Assembly (NCBI RefSeq): GCF_963921235.1
Contig: NC_086097.1
Coordinates: 130,326,001-130,390,000, forward strand
Length of the DNA stretch: 64,000 bases
Direction: 5' to 3'
Source of the DNA: Mobula hypostoma
Taxonomy: Eukaryota
Shown here: one piece after another, positions 39,370-53,149 of the stretch
Layout: the number at the start of each line of letters is the position of its first letter
How positions within the stretch are numbered: the first letter of the stretch is position 1
Position numbers and translations under genes: made by a program
The notes under the pieces: generated by a model
What the model saw: only the letters and a program-made list of their open reading frames with translations
Database searches by the model: none
What the model was told of the DNA's origin: nothing

Positions 39370-39610
39370 AGACCCCAGATTCTGGAATATGGAGGAACAA
39401 ACAGGAATACGGAGGAACAAACAAGATGCTGGAGGAACTCAGTGGATCAGGTAGCATCTATGGATGGAAATGGACCATCAGTGTTTCGGGTCAAGAACTC
39501 TCATTTGGTATGACCAAACCAATCCAGATAAAGGGTCTCAACACAAAATGTCAGCTGTTCACTTTGCCCCACGGATGCTACCTGACCTGCTGAGTTCCTC
39601 CAGCAGCTTT
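39370..39610. mobile_element. Fold-back PLE terminal-repeat dimer
   Basis: Arms tgctggaggaactcag...aggtagcatc and gatgctacctgacctgctgagttcctccagca; decayed hammerhead remnants on both strands; 20-bp tandem duplication at ~39384-39423. Confidence 0.65.
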
Positions 39611-39859
39611 TCTTCTCTCACTTTATTCAAGATGTTGAAATGAAGACTTGTCTGTTTCCTCAGGTTGAAATCAAAGATCCCATCATTTACTAAATGAGCA
39701 GGTAAGTTCCTGTGACAATATTCAATTAACATCACTAATAAAAAAGAGAGATCACGTGATCATCATCTCAATGCTGCTTGTGGGGAACATGTGTAAAAGT
39801 TGGATGTTTCACATTCTACCTTATGTCAATAACTAAACTTCAGCCTCCTTGACTGCTAA

Positions 39860-40290
39860 AATAATCAGGAATTTCCCCTCCACCTTCCTTTTATAATTTC
39901 TTTGTTGCCTATACGCAGTGAGTCATCTTGGGTTTAACTCTAGGGACTCCAATCCGAGAGGCTCTTGTGAATGGAATTCTAATCAATGAGTGACATTTAT
40001 GTCCTCATATATGGCGTGGGCAGTATGGATAAATATATTAAAGAGGTGAAAAGAAGTTTTAAAGATATGCAATAATAGTAGCAGTTAGCAATCAGCATTT
40101 CTACTTAGCTGTGAATTAGGAAGAAAAACAAAATGTATTATTTTCTGAGTCAAACTTTCCACTGGCATAAAACGCAAGAAAAGCAAAAAACCACCTTTTA
40201 ACTTGTACCACTTCCATAAGGTGTTACCTACCTGTGAAAAAAGTCTTCAGAGTCTAACACTATTAAATTCATGACAAAGGAAGTAGTCAG
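39860..40290. promoter_or_regulatory. Candidate inducible intronic enhancer (kB, AP-1, NFAT:AP-1 composite, ETS motifs)
   Basis: GGGAAATTCC (minus, 39868-39877); TGAGTCA 39919-39925; CAGTGGAAA-GTT-TGACTCA (minus, 40146-40164); GGAAGT cores at 40209-40215 (minus) and 40278-40284 (plus). Confidence 0.45.
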
Positions 40291-40624
40291 GATATAACCT
40301 GCTGTTCCTTAGGTGGTGTTTGAAAGAAGTGTGTAGAGTTATCATGGTTTCTGTCAAGTATACAAGCCATGCAATCTTCTCACAGGTACCACCTGGTAGG
40401 CAGTACAGAGGTCCAAAGTCCTACACCACCAAGTTCAAGAGCTGCTAGTTCCCTTTAACCGTTTCATTCTTCAACTAACTAGCAAGATCATAATCACTCT
40501 AGCTTCGTGGAACTATGATACCTTTGATCATCTTTCACTAAAATGAAATCTTTCTGTTCTGATTGTGGTCTTTATTTTTTTTAAAAAAAGCATAATTTAA
40601 GTTTCATTTATCTATTCTTGTAAA

Positions 40625-43600
40625 TAAGACATTAAGACCATAAGATATAAGAGCAGAATTAGGCCATTTGGCCCATCGAGTCTACTCTGGCATTTCATCA
40701 TGGCTGATCCAATTTTCCTCTCAGCCCCAACCTCCTGCCTCCTCCCCGTATCCTTTCATGTCCTAACCAATCAAGAATCTATCGACCTCTGCCTTAAATA
40801 TATGTATAGACTTGACCTCCACAGCTGCCTGTGGCAAAAAATTCCACAGACTCACCACGTTCTGGCTAATCAAATTCCTTCTCATCTCTACTCTAAAAGG
40901 ACACCCTTCTATTCTGAGGCTGTGTCCTCTGGTCTTAGACGTTCCCATCATAGGAACCATCCTCTCACATCCAATCTATCTTTAGATACAACACTGAGTC
41001 ACATCATCTGCAGAAATTCTGTGATGACTCAGCAAAAGCTGGGTGTACAAAGGGAGAATGGGAGGATGAATACAGGGCCCCGGTGAGGACTTTGTCAAAT
41101 GGTGCAAGCTGAATCAGCTGCAGCTCAATATTAGTAAGACTAGGAGATGGTGATGGACTTTAGGAAGACTAGGCCTGCATTGGTCCCTGATTAGTGGTGA
41201 TGACATACAAGTACCTGAAGGTGAACCTGGATCACAGACTTGAGTGGAGCACCAACACAGAGGCTGTGTACAAGAAGGGTCAGAGTTGCCTCTACTTCCT
41301 GAGGAGACTGAGATCCTTTGGAGTATGCAGGCCCCTCCTTCATGTTCTACCAATCTGTTGTTGCCAGTACAATCTTCTATGCAGTGGTGTGCTGGGACAA
41401 CAGCATCAACACAGGTGATGCCAACAGGCTGAATAAACTGACTGGAAAGGCTGGCTCCTTAGGAGTCAAACTGGACACACTGGAGGCTGTAGTAGAACAA
41501 AGAACCCACTGAAAATCCTGGCATTTCTGGACAATGTTTCTCACCTTCTGCATGGCTGAACAGAGGAGCACTTTTATTAACAGACTAAGACAGCTACTCT
41601 GCTCCAAAGAGTACTATATTCTTACCCTCTGCCATTAGGCTCTATAATGATTTAACTTATAGCCGGGGAAGTGATGGCCCCCTCATGTTAGACTGTTGGT
41701 GGAACTTATTTTTTATTCTTTCTACTTCTCTATTAAAATTTATATCTGTGCACTTGTAATACTTCTGTGACACTGTAATTTCATTTGGGATCAATAAAGT
41801 ATCTATCTATCTATCTATCAAGACATTTCACCATTTGATAGGTTTCAATGAGGTCACCCCTCATTTTTCTGAATTCTAGTGAATACAGGCTCAGAGCCAT
41901 CAAACACTCTTCATATGATAAGCCATTCAATCCTGGAATAATTTTCTTAAACCTCTTTTGAACCCTCTCCAGTTTCAGCACATTCTTTCTAAGACAAGGG
42001 GCACAAAACTAATCACAATACTCCAAGTGAGGCCTCACCAGTGCTTCATAAAGTCTCAACATTACACTCTCGCTTTTATGTTCTAGTCCTCATGAAATGA
42101 ATGCTAACACTGCATTTAGTGAAAAATGATCAAAGGTATCATAGTTGCCGCAGGCAGCTGTGTAGGCCAAGTCTTCCTCACCAGAGACTCAACCTGCAAG
42201 TTAACCGTTAAGGAATCCTGCACAAAGACTCCCAGGTGTCTTTGTGCCTCCATTTTTTTATATTTTCTCTCCATTTATAAATAGTCAACCCTTTCATTTC
42301 TTCCACCAAAGTGCATGACTATACACTTCCCGACACTGCATTCCACCTGCCACTTCTTTGCCTGTTCTCTTAATCTGTCTAAATCCTTCTGTAGCTTCTC
42401 TACTTCCTCAAAACTACCTGCTCCTCTACCTACCTTCTTATCATCCGCAAACTTGCAACAGAGCCATCAATTCTATCATCCAAATCATTGACATATAACG
42501 TAAAAAGAATCAGACCCAACACAGACCCCTGTGGACCATCACTAGTCACCAGCAGCCAGTCACAAAAGGCTCCCTTCACTCCCACTTTTTGCTTCCTGCC
42601 AAGCAGTGGCAGCTTTATCATTGCTAGAATCCTTCCTGTAATACCATGAGTTTGTAGCTTGTTAAGCAGCTTCATATGTGGCATGTTGTCAAAGGCCTGC
42701 TGAAAATCCAAGTACATATCAACTGATACTCCTTTGGCTATCCTGTTTGTTATTTCTTCAAAGAATTTCAAAAAATTTGTCAGGCAAGATTTTCCCTTGA
42801 GGAAACCATGCTGACTGTGGTCTATTTTATCATGTGCCTCCAAGTACCCTGAGACCTCATCTTTAATAATTGATTCCAACATCTTCCCAACCACTGAGGT
42901 CAATCTAAATCGCCTATAATTTCCTTTCTTCTGCCTCTCTCCTTTCTCGAAGAACGGAGTGACATTTGCAGTTTCCAGTCTTTCAGAACCATTCCAGAAT
43001 CTAGTGATTCTTGAACGATCATTACTAATACCTCCACAATCTCTTCAGAACACTGGGGTGTGCACCATCTGGTCCAGGTGAAATATCTACCTTCAAACCT
43101 TTCAGTTTCCCAAGAACCTTCTCCCTAGTAATGGTAACTCACACACTGCAAGAGCCTTGACATTTGGAACTTCCACCATACTGCTAGTGTCTTTCCACAG
43201 TGAAGACTGATGCAAAACACTTATTCAGTTTGTCCACCATTTCCTTGTCCCTCATTACCACTTCTCCAGCGGTCCGAGATCCACTCTTGCCTTTTTTTTT
43301 AAACTTTATATATCTGAAGAAACTTTTTGTATCCTCCTTAATATTATTGGCCAGCTTACTTTCTTCGTCTATCTTTACCTTCTTAATGATCTTTTTAGTT
43401 GCCGTCTGTTGGTTTTTAAAAGCTTCCCAATCTACTAACTTCACACTAATTTTTGCTCTATTAAATGCCTCTCTTTGGCTTTCATATTGGCTTTGACTTC
43501 TCCTGTTAGCCATGGTTGTGTCATCTTTCTTTTAGAATACTTCTTCCTCTTTGGGATGTATATTTCCTCTGCCTTCCTAATTGCTTCCAGAAATCCCAGC

Positions 43601-43715
43601 CATTGCTGCTCTGCCATCATCCCTGCCAGTGTTCTTTTCCAATCAATTCTGGCCAGCTCCTCTCTCAAGTCTCTGTAATTCCCTTAACTCCACTGTAATA
43701 CTGATACATCTGCTT
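40625..43715 (-). mobile_element. CR1 LINE, ~2.2 kb plus a nested insertion
   Basis: ORF 42430..42903 TSVVGKMLESIIKD...SQHGFLKGKSCLTN...YLDFQQAFD...PQGSVLG; ORFs 43184..43513 and 40763..40960. Confidence 0.92.
40981..41819 (+). mobile_element. Rex1/Babar LINE 3' fragment nested in CR1
   Basis: YKYLKVNLDHRLEWSTNTEAVYKKGQSCLYFLRRLRSFGVC; AATAAA plus (TATC)n tail; atctatc at both junctions. Confidence 0.9.
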
Positions 43716-43951
43716 AAATGCTACTTATCTAATGCCATATATCTGTAAATTTTTCATTGCACCTGTGCATATATCTACTTGTGCATATTACAATAAATTC
43801 ATCTTGACAGCTCTTGCTCTGATGAAGGATGTTTCACTTCAAATGTTGATATGTTGCTTTTCCATGGATGCCTCACCTGCTAAGTTTCCAGGTTTTTTCT
43901 TTCAGATTTCCGACAAATTTATAGCTAACAAGAAACCTAATCTATATTAGG

Positions 43952-44780
43952 CATGACTGCATGGCCAGATTCTGCCCTAACTCCATCTACAAGTTTGCAG
44001 ATGATACCATCATAGTGGACGATATCTCAAATAATGATGAGTCATAATACAAGAATGGGAGAGGAAGCATACTGACAGAGTGTAATAATCAGAATCTTTT
44101 CCTCAATTTTCCTCAGAAAAACTGGTCATTGACTTCAATGTACAGGCTTCTCTCTACATCAATGGTGCTAAGGTCAAGAGGGTGGAGAGTTTCAAATTCC
44201 TGGGCTGGCCATCGCCAATAGCCTGGCCTGGCCCAACCATGTGGTTGCCACAGCCAAGAAAGTTCACCAATGCCTCTACTTCATCAGGAAGCTAAAGAAA
44301 TTTGGTAAGTCTCCGTTGACCCGTACAAATGTTTTATCAATGCACCGTAGAAAGCGTTCTATCCAGAAGCGTCACGACTTGGTACGGCAACTCCTCTGCC
44401 CGCCACTGCAGGAACCTGCAGAGAGTTGTCAACACAGCACAGCTCATCACGGAAACCAGTGTCCCTTCTGTGGACTCTATCCACAGTTGTTGCCTCAGTT
44501 ACGCAGACAGTATAATGAAACACCCTACCCACCCCATCAGGCAGATGACATGAAAACTTGAAAACACATGAGGCTCAAGGACAATTTCTACCCTGCTGTT
44601 ATAAGACTATTGAACAGTTCCCTAATATGGTACGATTTACTCTTTACTCACAGTCTACCTCATTATGACCTTGAAACTTATTATCTACCTGTACTGCACT
44701 TTCTCTGTAGCTGTTGCACTTTATTCTGCTATTGTTTTACTTTGTACTACCTTGTATGAACTGATCCATTTAACGGTAAG
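43952..44780 (+). mobile_element. Rex1/Babar-type LINE RT/3' fragment
   Basis: YKFADDT at ~43990; AKKVHQCLYFIRKLKKFG; FYQCTVESVLSRSVTTWYGN. Confidence 0.85.
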
Positions 44781-46204
44781 CTCAACCACCATACAGTACT
44801 TGCAAACATTTCATAGTTATCAGACAGGATGATGCATTGGAGTCAAACATCCCTTTACCTATCACCAATATTTTTATAACTATCAATAAACTTCCTTGGA
44901 TGAAAATTAATAGAAAGTACCTTTTTAGATGTCCTAATTATTTTTCTCCTGTGTTCCTGACCTGCATGCTTTGAAGAGTAATCATTAATTACTGCTTTCT
45001 TCAGGGCAATCCCAGTAGCTCGGCAACTACATTCCTCCTCAGAACTCCCACACTGCTGTTGGTCTTGCTGTGGGGTAAGGAAACCTCACAGGTTTCCTTG
45101 AAGACAATTCACACCTCCTGGTAAGTAGTTCACCAAAAGACAACCACAGCAACCCAGTAAGCAGTCACACCCTCCTGAGTGAAGGAGGCAGCACGCAAAG
45201 AAGCAACGTGTTTGTGGAGAACTGAAGGTGTGAAGCAGTCATCCATTTTTCAGAAAAGCAATAAGGCTTTCCTCATGAAGGCTCAGAACAGAATTGATAA
45301 ATCTATCTCACACTGTATAAGACCGGTTTGTGTATGGATGTGTGGCTCAAAGGTAATTAGAAATCAAACCCAAAGTGACCATCTTCTATCCATATCACAA
45401 CAGAAATTTTCATTGCATAGCAATGAGGTTCCTCCAGGTGCTCTGATTTCCTTCTGCATCCTAAAACATGAGTGTTTCTAGCTTAATTAGACACCGTGTG
45501 TTGTCATTAAACTGCTGGTGGTGATAGAATATCAGGATGGAGGGCAGTGATGGGAATGTGGGATGTGGGGAGGGAGGGGAATAAAATATAATCAGTGTAA
45601 GGTTGGTGTAAAAATAAATGCCTGACAGCAGGCACAGATGTGGTGGGCCGAAGTGCCTCATTCTTTGCTCTGTAACCTTATTTATAACTTATTGTACATT
45701 AGTCCCAAACTGTTATAAATAGGCTAATTAAGCACGGGAGATCATGGATTTTTTTTATCCCATTTTACAGATACAATGAAAGTGAGGCATTTCAGACAAT
45801 TGGAAGACTATTGTGCTCCCTCCACCCTACCTTGGAATTTCTGAAGTTATTTAATTCTAATCAGTCTTCATGTTACTAAATTGTAGAAAGGCTATGGTTT
45901 CTAAGCAACCTTTCTCCCTGCCAGTTATTAATAATAAACAGAATTACATTAATGATGTCAGTTCATAATATGTGACCCTTCTAAGACTCTCCTGAAAATC
46001 TGATGGCAGATTTTTTTTTGTTTTTATGTCCACTTCAATCAACCTGAATGTAAATGAAGGATTGGTTAATTGTTCCAGTAATATGGGCACGGCTGCTAAT
46101 AATGAAATCCATTGCAGTCAAATTTCAATGACAACAAATGAGGCCTAAATGACAAATTTCTGTGTTTATCATGTGCAGGGCAATCTGCCGTCACATGAGA
46201 TTAG

Positions 46205-46805
46205 AATCACAAGAAAGTCTGCAGATGCTGGAAATCCAAAGCAACGCACACAAAATGCTGGAGAAGCTCAGATACTCAGGCAGCATCTATGGAAATGAAT
46301 AAACAGTTGACATTTCGGGCTGGGATCCTTCCTCAGGACTGAAAAGGATGGAGGAAGACATCAGAATAAAACGTTGGGGAGAGGGGAAGGAGGATAGCTA
46401 GAAGGTGCTAGGCAAAGCCAGGGTTGGAAAGATACAGAGCTGGAGAAGAATGAATATGATAGGAGAGGAGTGTGGATTATAGGAGAAGGAGAAGATGGAG
46501 GGAACCCTGGGGGAGGTGAGAAGAAGTAAGAGGCCAGATTGGGGAATAGAAGAAAGGGAGGGGGTGATTTTTTTTCTGGAAGTAGAAATCGATATTAATT
46601 TCATCAGGTTAAAGGCTACCCAGATGTAATATAAGGTGTTGCTCCTCCACTCAGAAGGTGGCCTCATCTTAGCACAAGAGGAGGCATAGACCGACACGTC
46701 AGAACTGGAATGGGAATAGTAATTAAAATGTTTGGCAACCGGGAAGTTCCGCTTCTGGTGGATGGGGCGGAGGTGCAGGCATTCCACAAATGGTCACCCA
46801 ATCTG
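46205..46805 (-). mobile_element. Penelope-like element 3' fragment
   Basis: ORF 46398..46787 HLRPIHQKRNFPVAKHFN; same UTR and terminal repeat as 58772-59568. Confidence 0.8.
46304..46341 (-). ncRNA. PLE-type minimal hammerhead motif
   Basis: Minus strand cagtc-ctgagga-aggatcccagccc-gaaa-tg-tc-aactg; canonical CUGANGA and GAAA, with a UC cleavage site. Confidence 0.6.
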
Positions 46806-48784
46806 TAGAAAGAGTCAGCCCAATCTGTGGCACAAATATATCATTAAGGGTTGCTTATAATCATCAGATTTAAGTTCTTAAGCTGCTTCCTGTTTAATCA
46901 AATTGAATTGTGCCACATAATATCGTCACAATATTAAGCATTTAATCTGAACTACAATTACCTGTGATAGGTTTTGAAGGATTGAAGCATGGTCGGAACA
47001 CCTCTGTATCACTTTAAAATTGTTGAAGGGTGCACCTATTTTAAACGATGGCACTGGAGTGTGGTGAACCTTTGCAAGCTGCTCTCAGCAGATTTATTTA
47101 TTACATCTATTATTTTTATTCTATTTTTCTAAATCTAAATGCTAAAACCATGAATTACTTATCAATGTTCTTATGGCTCTTGGGTAAGACCATTTGATAT
47201 GGGAGCAGTATTAAATCATTCCACCTAACAAATCTGCTCTGCCTTTCAATTAAACCCAATCTTTTTTTCAACGTTACTCTTCCATTTTCTCCCCATAACC
47301 CTTGAATCCTTGAAACCTTTTTCCAGCTTCGATCCTATTTTTTACACGCACTGCACTTGCTCTGTGACTAACACTTTATTCTGCATTCTGTTATGGCTTT
47401 TCCCTTTCTACTATCTTGATGTACTTATATATTAAAATGATACATGGTGACATGCAACACAAAGTTTTTCACTGTATCTCGGTACATGTGACAATAATAA
47501 ACCAATTACGAAGGCATTAAGCCCACCAGACTGAGAAGGATCGGTCATTTAGAAGGTCTTGAAACTCAAATCAGGTTGCTTTGTGTACCTTCACAATTAC
47601 AACTGTTCACTCTATACAAAATGAAACTAAATTTACTTTTTTATACGGACTTAAAAAGAGAATTTCCTTCTTTGCATGATGCAGAATTGCAAATGTGATT
47701 AATACCAGAAGTGTTTTACAATCCGACACTAGGGGGCTTAAAACTCTCACAAGATTACTTTCACTATGGTGGTCTTTTCTTTCCAACAGCAGTCTTCTGT
47801 AAGTCTCCCACTGATGACAAGACACTCTCCCATATTTAGCGGTCTTAATTTAGTCCCATCAGCTCAGAGTATACCCAAATAGATTCCTGAGATAGTGCAA
47901 GTTGTTTTACATGATTGAAAGAGACAAGGGGGTTAAGGGTTCAATTTTTCATAAATTCCTTTTAAGTTACACTCAAATCCTCTGTCTCTATACAGATGTT
48001 CGTCACTGAGCAACGCGACTGTCCAAAGCAATACTGATCAGACAAGCCTTTGCTGCTCCTGTTTCAATAAACTGTGAACATGTGTAAGAAAAAAAAGATA
48101 CCGGAATAACAAACAAAGGGCAGATGGTCCTCTGAAAAATCAAGGTAGGAATTGTATCTGGTTGGCTGACACTTGACTCCAAAGACATGCTGTGGCTTAT
48201 GTCAATTTGGTAACTCACAACTTGGTATTGAATTTATATCACAATTCTTTTTTTTAAAGTTCAATTTGATCCAAAAGCACCAAGGAGAAATAAATAATTG
48301 GAAATCCAATTGCACATAGATGGCCTGGAACTTCTGTTGGAATATCATGCATAGTTCTGTTCTCCATTTTGTACGAAGGATGTGGATGAATTCAAAAAGG
48401 TGCAAAGGAGAAGAAAAGGATGACATCACATGTGAGAGGTTATGTCAATCAGTCAAAAAATGAACAGTCTGGGATTTCTGTACCAAGAAAAGGGAAAATT
48501 GTGGAACAGTGTGATACAATTATGGCAGGTTTGATCAGATGGAACAGAAAATGTTGGAAACGCTCAGCAAGGCAGTCAGCATCAGTGCAATTAACTTTTC
48601 AGGTGCATTCAGGTCAGAGCTAATGTTAAGTCTGTTTTCCCCTCCTCAGATGCTGCCTAACTAGCTGAGGGTTTCCAGAATTTTCTGTTCTCATTTCAGA
48701 TTTCTAGCATGTGTGGATATTTTTGCTTTGTATAGATGTGATAGGTTTGTTAGCTCCTTAATAAATCTATTGGGGAACTCGTAA

Positions 48785-49962
48785 ATGTTTACTGGGAGTG
48801 TTGCCAACTAAAGGCACTAAGTATTGTTAAGGATCCCTACCACCCATCCCACAATCCCTTTGATCTCCATCAGGAAGGAGATACAGAAACATCAGGACTA
48901 GGACTGCCAGACTGGGTAACAGCTTCTTCCCTCGGGCTGTGAGACTCATGAATACCCTGTCACCATTGAGGTCTTGTCACTAGGAGCTGTTTGCTGTACT
49001 GTTTACTATTTACCTGTGCTGCGCACTACATGCATTTTGAATTATATTAGATTCATTTATTTATGGCAATATTCTGTTTTATATGCTGTGTGTGATATAC
49101 GTTTTGTGGGTGCACAGTAGTCCAGAGGAGCGTTGTTTTGTTTGGTTATATATACGTACAGTCAGATGGCAATAAACTTGAATTTGAACTTTAGAAAGTT
49201 AATGCAGATGGTACCAGGTGTGATGAGAGAAGGCTCATCACAGGCTTTAGCGTAGAATATAGTCAGGCTAAATGGCCTATTTCTGCACTGTACTTTGGCA
49301 TTCACCAAGCACCAAAACTCTCTTAGTGTCAAATACATAGTTTTAAATATCAATCAATCAATCAAATTACGAAAAATATGGAGCATTAAGTTCTTGTAGG
49401 AAAGTGGTGCTCAAATAAAACAGCCTTTTTATTATTATTCTGCAATTCCACAAGCAATGCTTGGTATGGCAAATGTTCTGCACGTGACCACAAGAAATAC
49501 CGCAGTATTGTGGACACAGTTCAGCGTGTCACCGAAACAGGACTCCTCTCTACGGATTCTGTCTATACTTCTCACTGCCTCAGTAAAGCAGCCAGAATAA
49601 TCAAAGACCATCCACCCTAGACATTCTCCCTCCTCCTCTGTCCCACCGGGCAGAAGTTACAAAGGCCTCAAAGCATGTACCTTTAGACTTGAGCGCGGCT
49701 TTCATCTCACTGTTATCAGACTCTTAAATGGACCTCTTGTATGATAAGGTGGACTCTTCGCCTCACCATCTAGGCTGTTATGATCTTGCACTTTATCGTC
49801 TACTTCCACTGCACCCTTTTGGTGGCTTTTACTCTACATTGTTATTGTTTTACCTTGTTCTAGCTCAATGATCTATGTAATGATTTGATCTGTATAAACA
49901 TATGAGGATAAACTTTTCACTGTATCTTGGTACATGTAACTATAAAAAACCAAAACCAATAC
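48785..49962 (+). mobile_element. Two Rex1/Babar-type 3' fragments (~48785-49190 and ~49455-49962)
   Basis: Remnants SIVKDPYHP and AWYGKCSARDHKK; tails aataaacttgaatttgaa and aaaccaaaaccaatacc. Confidence 0.65.
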
Positions 49963-50691
49963 CTAAGCAATACTCTATTGTTTGATTCTGTTTGGCAATA
50001 CCCTTTCACAGTTCTTCCAGACTTTGAGGATTTAACAAACCTGAGCAACCTCTCCCTAACCCTCCACCAAAAAAGGGTATGCCTCCAGCTAGCTGTTGAA
50101 CAAATCAGCTTTGGTTGCTAATTAGCACAGTGCATGAGATCATACTAGGATGTTTTAATCAACAATGCTATTTAATAATAAATGATGATCAAAACAATTA
50201 GCTTTCTAATCCACTGGCTTTTTTGGTATGTGAAATAAATTGCTTTAGGCAGATATTTTATTAAAATACCATTTGACTTGATAGTAAAACCTTGGTTGAG
50301 GATACAGAATTGATTAGCACAGAGCTTCTTCACAGCTGGGACCTGGAATCTGATCCAGTCCACAATGACAGAGAAAGACTTTCTTGCTGTGTTGTTTAGA
50401 AGTGTGAAATATGCTTGGGTAATGTAAGCCTGATCTCTGGAGGGTGTCAATCTGCAATACAAATCTATCCACAATAACAGCATGGTGCTAATTTGGCAAT
50501 CTTACTCAATGAAAATGGACTCAGCTCTGTACCCTCCTGAGACTGGCATTTGAGTTCAGGGTCATGTTGAGGAGGGGCTACATTAGTTATAACCTGCGAG
50601 TGCTAATTGGAAGTATTCAGCATGGAGATCTGTATTAATCTTGCAGCGTTAACACAATCTATGCCAACAACCAATCAAATTATTTTCTATA

Positions 50692-51188
50692 AAACATAGA
50701 AACATAGAAAACCTACAGCACAATATAGGCCCTTCAGCCCACAAAGTTGTGCTGAACATGTCCCTACCTTAGAAATTACTAGGCTTACCTATAGCCCTCT
50801 ATTTCTCTAAGCTCCATGTACCTATACAAAAGTCTCTTAAAAGACCCTATCGGATCTGCCTCTACCACCGTTGCCGGCAGCCCATTCCACGCACTCACCA
50901 CTCTCTGCGTAAAAAACTTACCCCTGACATCTCCTCGGTACCTTCTCCCCAGCACCTTAAACCTGTGTCCTCTTGTGGCAACCATTTCAGTCCTGGGAAA
51001 AAGCCTCTGGCTATCCACACGATCAATGCCTCTCATCATTTTATACACCTCTAATAGGTCACCTCTCATTCTCCGTCGCTCCAAGGAAAAAAGGCCAAGT
51101 TTAATCAACCAATTCTCATAAGGCATGCTCCCCAATCCAGGCAACATCCTTGTAAATCTCCTCTGCACCCTTTCTATGGCTTCCACAG
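50692..51188 (-). mobile_element. Young CR1 3' fragment
   Basis: ORF 50785..51201 AIERVQRRFTRMLPGL...FFTQRVVSAWNGLP; (aaacatag)n tail on the plus strand. Confidence 0.92.
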
Positions 51189-53149
51189 TGATGGCTTCCA
51201 AAAATATATCAAAAAAAGTTAACGTAAAAAAGCAGTTAATGGTTCATGTCAAGTGCCTGATTAAATGTTTATTTTCCTTTCCATAGATTCTATCTGACCT
51301 GCTGAGTATTTCTATTATTTTGTTTTTGTTTATGATTTGCAGCATTTTTATTTACATATATTATACATTTTAAAATCTACTCATATTAGATTTACTGTGA
51401 TATTTATTAATAGTTGTAATTTCAATGCATTCTTATTAATTGCACAACTGTTTGTTCCACTAGTATCTGTACTAATCACAAGTATAATGAATACCATGAC
51501 CAACATCATTCAAGCCTGTTTTTGGAAGCATTTCAAAGAGAGGTACTTGCACTCTGCAGACCTATACTGGAATAGCAAAGTATTTGTTAGGCTGGTTGAG
51601 TTTTCTCAACAGTAATTAGCTTCAAATATCAGAAAGAAACACAATTTATTGTGAATTTGGAAAATAATTAATATTAACCCACCTTAGGCTACTTAATTTT
51701 AAGTTCACTTTCTAATAGATTAACATAAGAATCTTTGGCCAACAGGAAGTTCATTGTATCCATTACAAAGAAACACACTGTATTTGGACGATAGGGGCTA
51801 CCTTTATAACTTATCATTAAGCAACTGCATTACCTATTAGAAGTGAAAATAAATGCTTAACATGTTCAAGCAAAATGGGCTGTGTATGACAACTCAGTGT
51901 TGCTTTGTTAGCCAAACATGTAGTGACAAAAAGGCTTTTCATTTACCAGATTAACAACAGATTCCGGTAATCAAGCAGCAATTCTTTTAACAGTAAGTAA
52001 GACTGAAATTACGTGATTTATAAGCGCAGAAGGCCCGTGCATTCAGCACTATCAGTCCACAGCAATAGCATACATGTAATAAATTGAGAACACTTGCTTG
52101 ACAACTTTGCCATTAAAAATGAAACCAGAACAAATTATGTTAAGTTAGAGTGACAGGACCAAGTGCCTGAATTGGTTAGAGCCAACCAAGACTTAAAATG
52201 CCTTTTGAGTTTAGGGAAAGGTCAATCACCAAATATCAAATTGCCCAGCAGGGCTACAACTTACGCTTTCTCTGATGTTAATGTATGGCAGAGAGGCGCT
52301 GCTGTCTCACAACTCCAGTGACCCTGTGTAGAGATGACATAGTCTCCTGCGACCACAATGGCTTCTCCCGGATACTTTAGTTTCCTCCCTTGCAAAAACA
52401 TGCCGGTGGGTGAATTGGGTGCAGGAAACTGCCATCACTGTGGTTGGCAGGCAGGAGAAAGCAGAGCTGGGGGGTATAAGTGGTGATTGGTGTCTAAGAA
52501 ATTGGCTCAAGAGTGCCTGTTACTGTACTGGATCTCTAAATAAATAAGTAAAAACAAACAAATAAATGGCTTGGAGAATAAGTGAAGCTGGGCTGTCAGA
52601 GCTTTCCCCAACCCTAAGAGACTGGAAAGGCGGCTAAAAGGAAGCATGAAGTTCAGGGAGGATGGGGGAGATGACAGGGTGGAGAGATATCTGGAAGGGA
52701 AGGGGAGAGAAAGCACACGAGGGAGTGAGACGGCATGGGGAAAAAGAGAGAGCAGGGTGTTAGCAAAATGGCAAAAACTATAGAGGAGATGTGGGAAAGA
52801 AAAGGAATGTGGTAAAGAGAGGGAAAGGGAAAATCAGGGATATGACTGAGAATGGAAAGAGAAAGTAGGAGGGTGATAGAAAGGGAGGAATAATTGAATG
52901 GGAGAGTGGCAGAAGAACTGGAGAGGTAAAGGAAACAGGTTTTGGAGGTTCAGTTGTTGAGTTTATTTAACAAAAGATCTATGGATCCTTGGAATAATAC
53001 TGGAATCAAGGGAAATGGGATTACTACAGAGAAGAGGTGAAGAGGCCCATCATCAGCCAAGATCTTATTGAATGGTGGAGCAAGCTTCTCAGTGGCCTAC
53101 TCTTGCTCTTGTTTCTTAAGGTCTTAGCAGACCTGGTTGTCAATACACT

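Noticed and set aside
39384..39423. 20-bp direct repeat as CRISPR-like or a functional array
   Set aside because: Only two adjacent units with no spacer, inside a PLE remnant in eukaryotic DNA.
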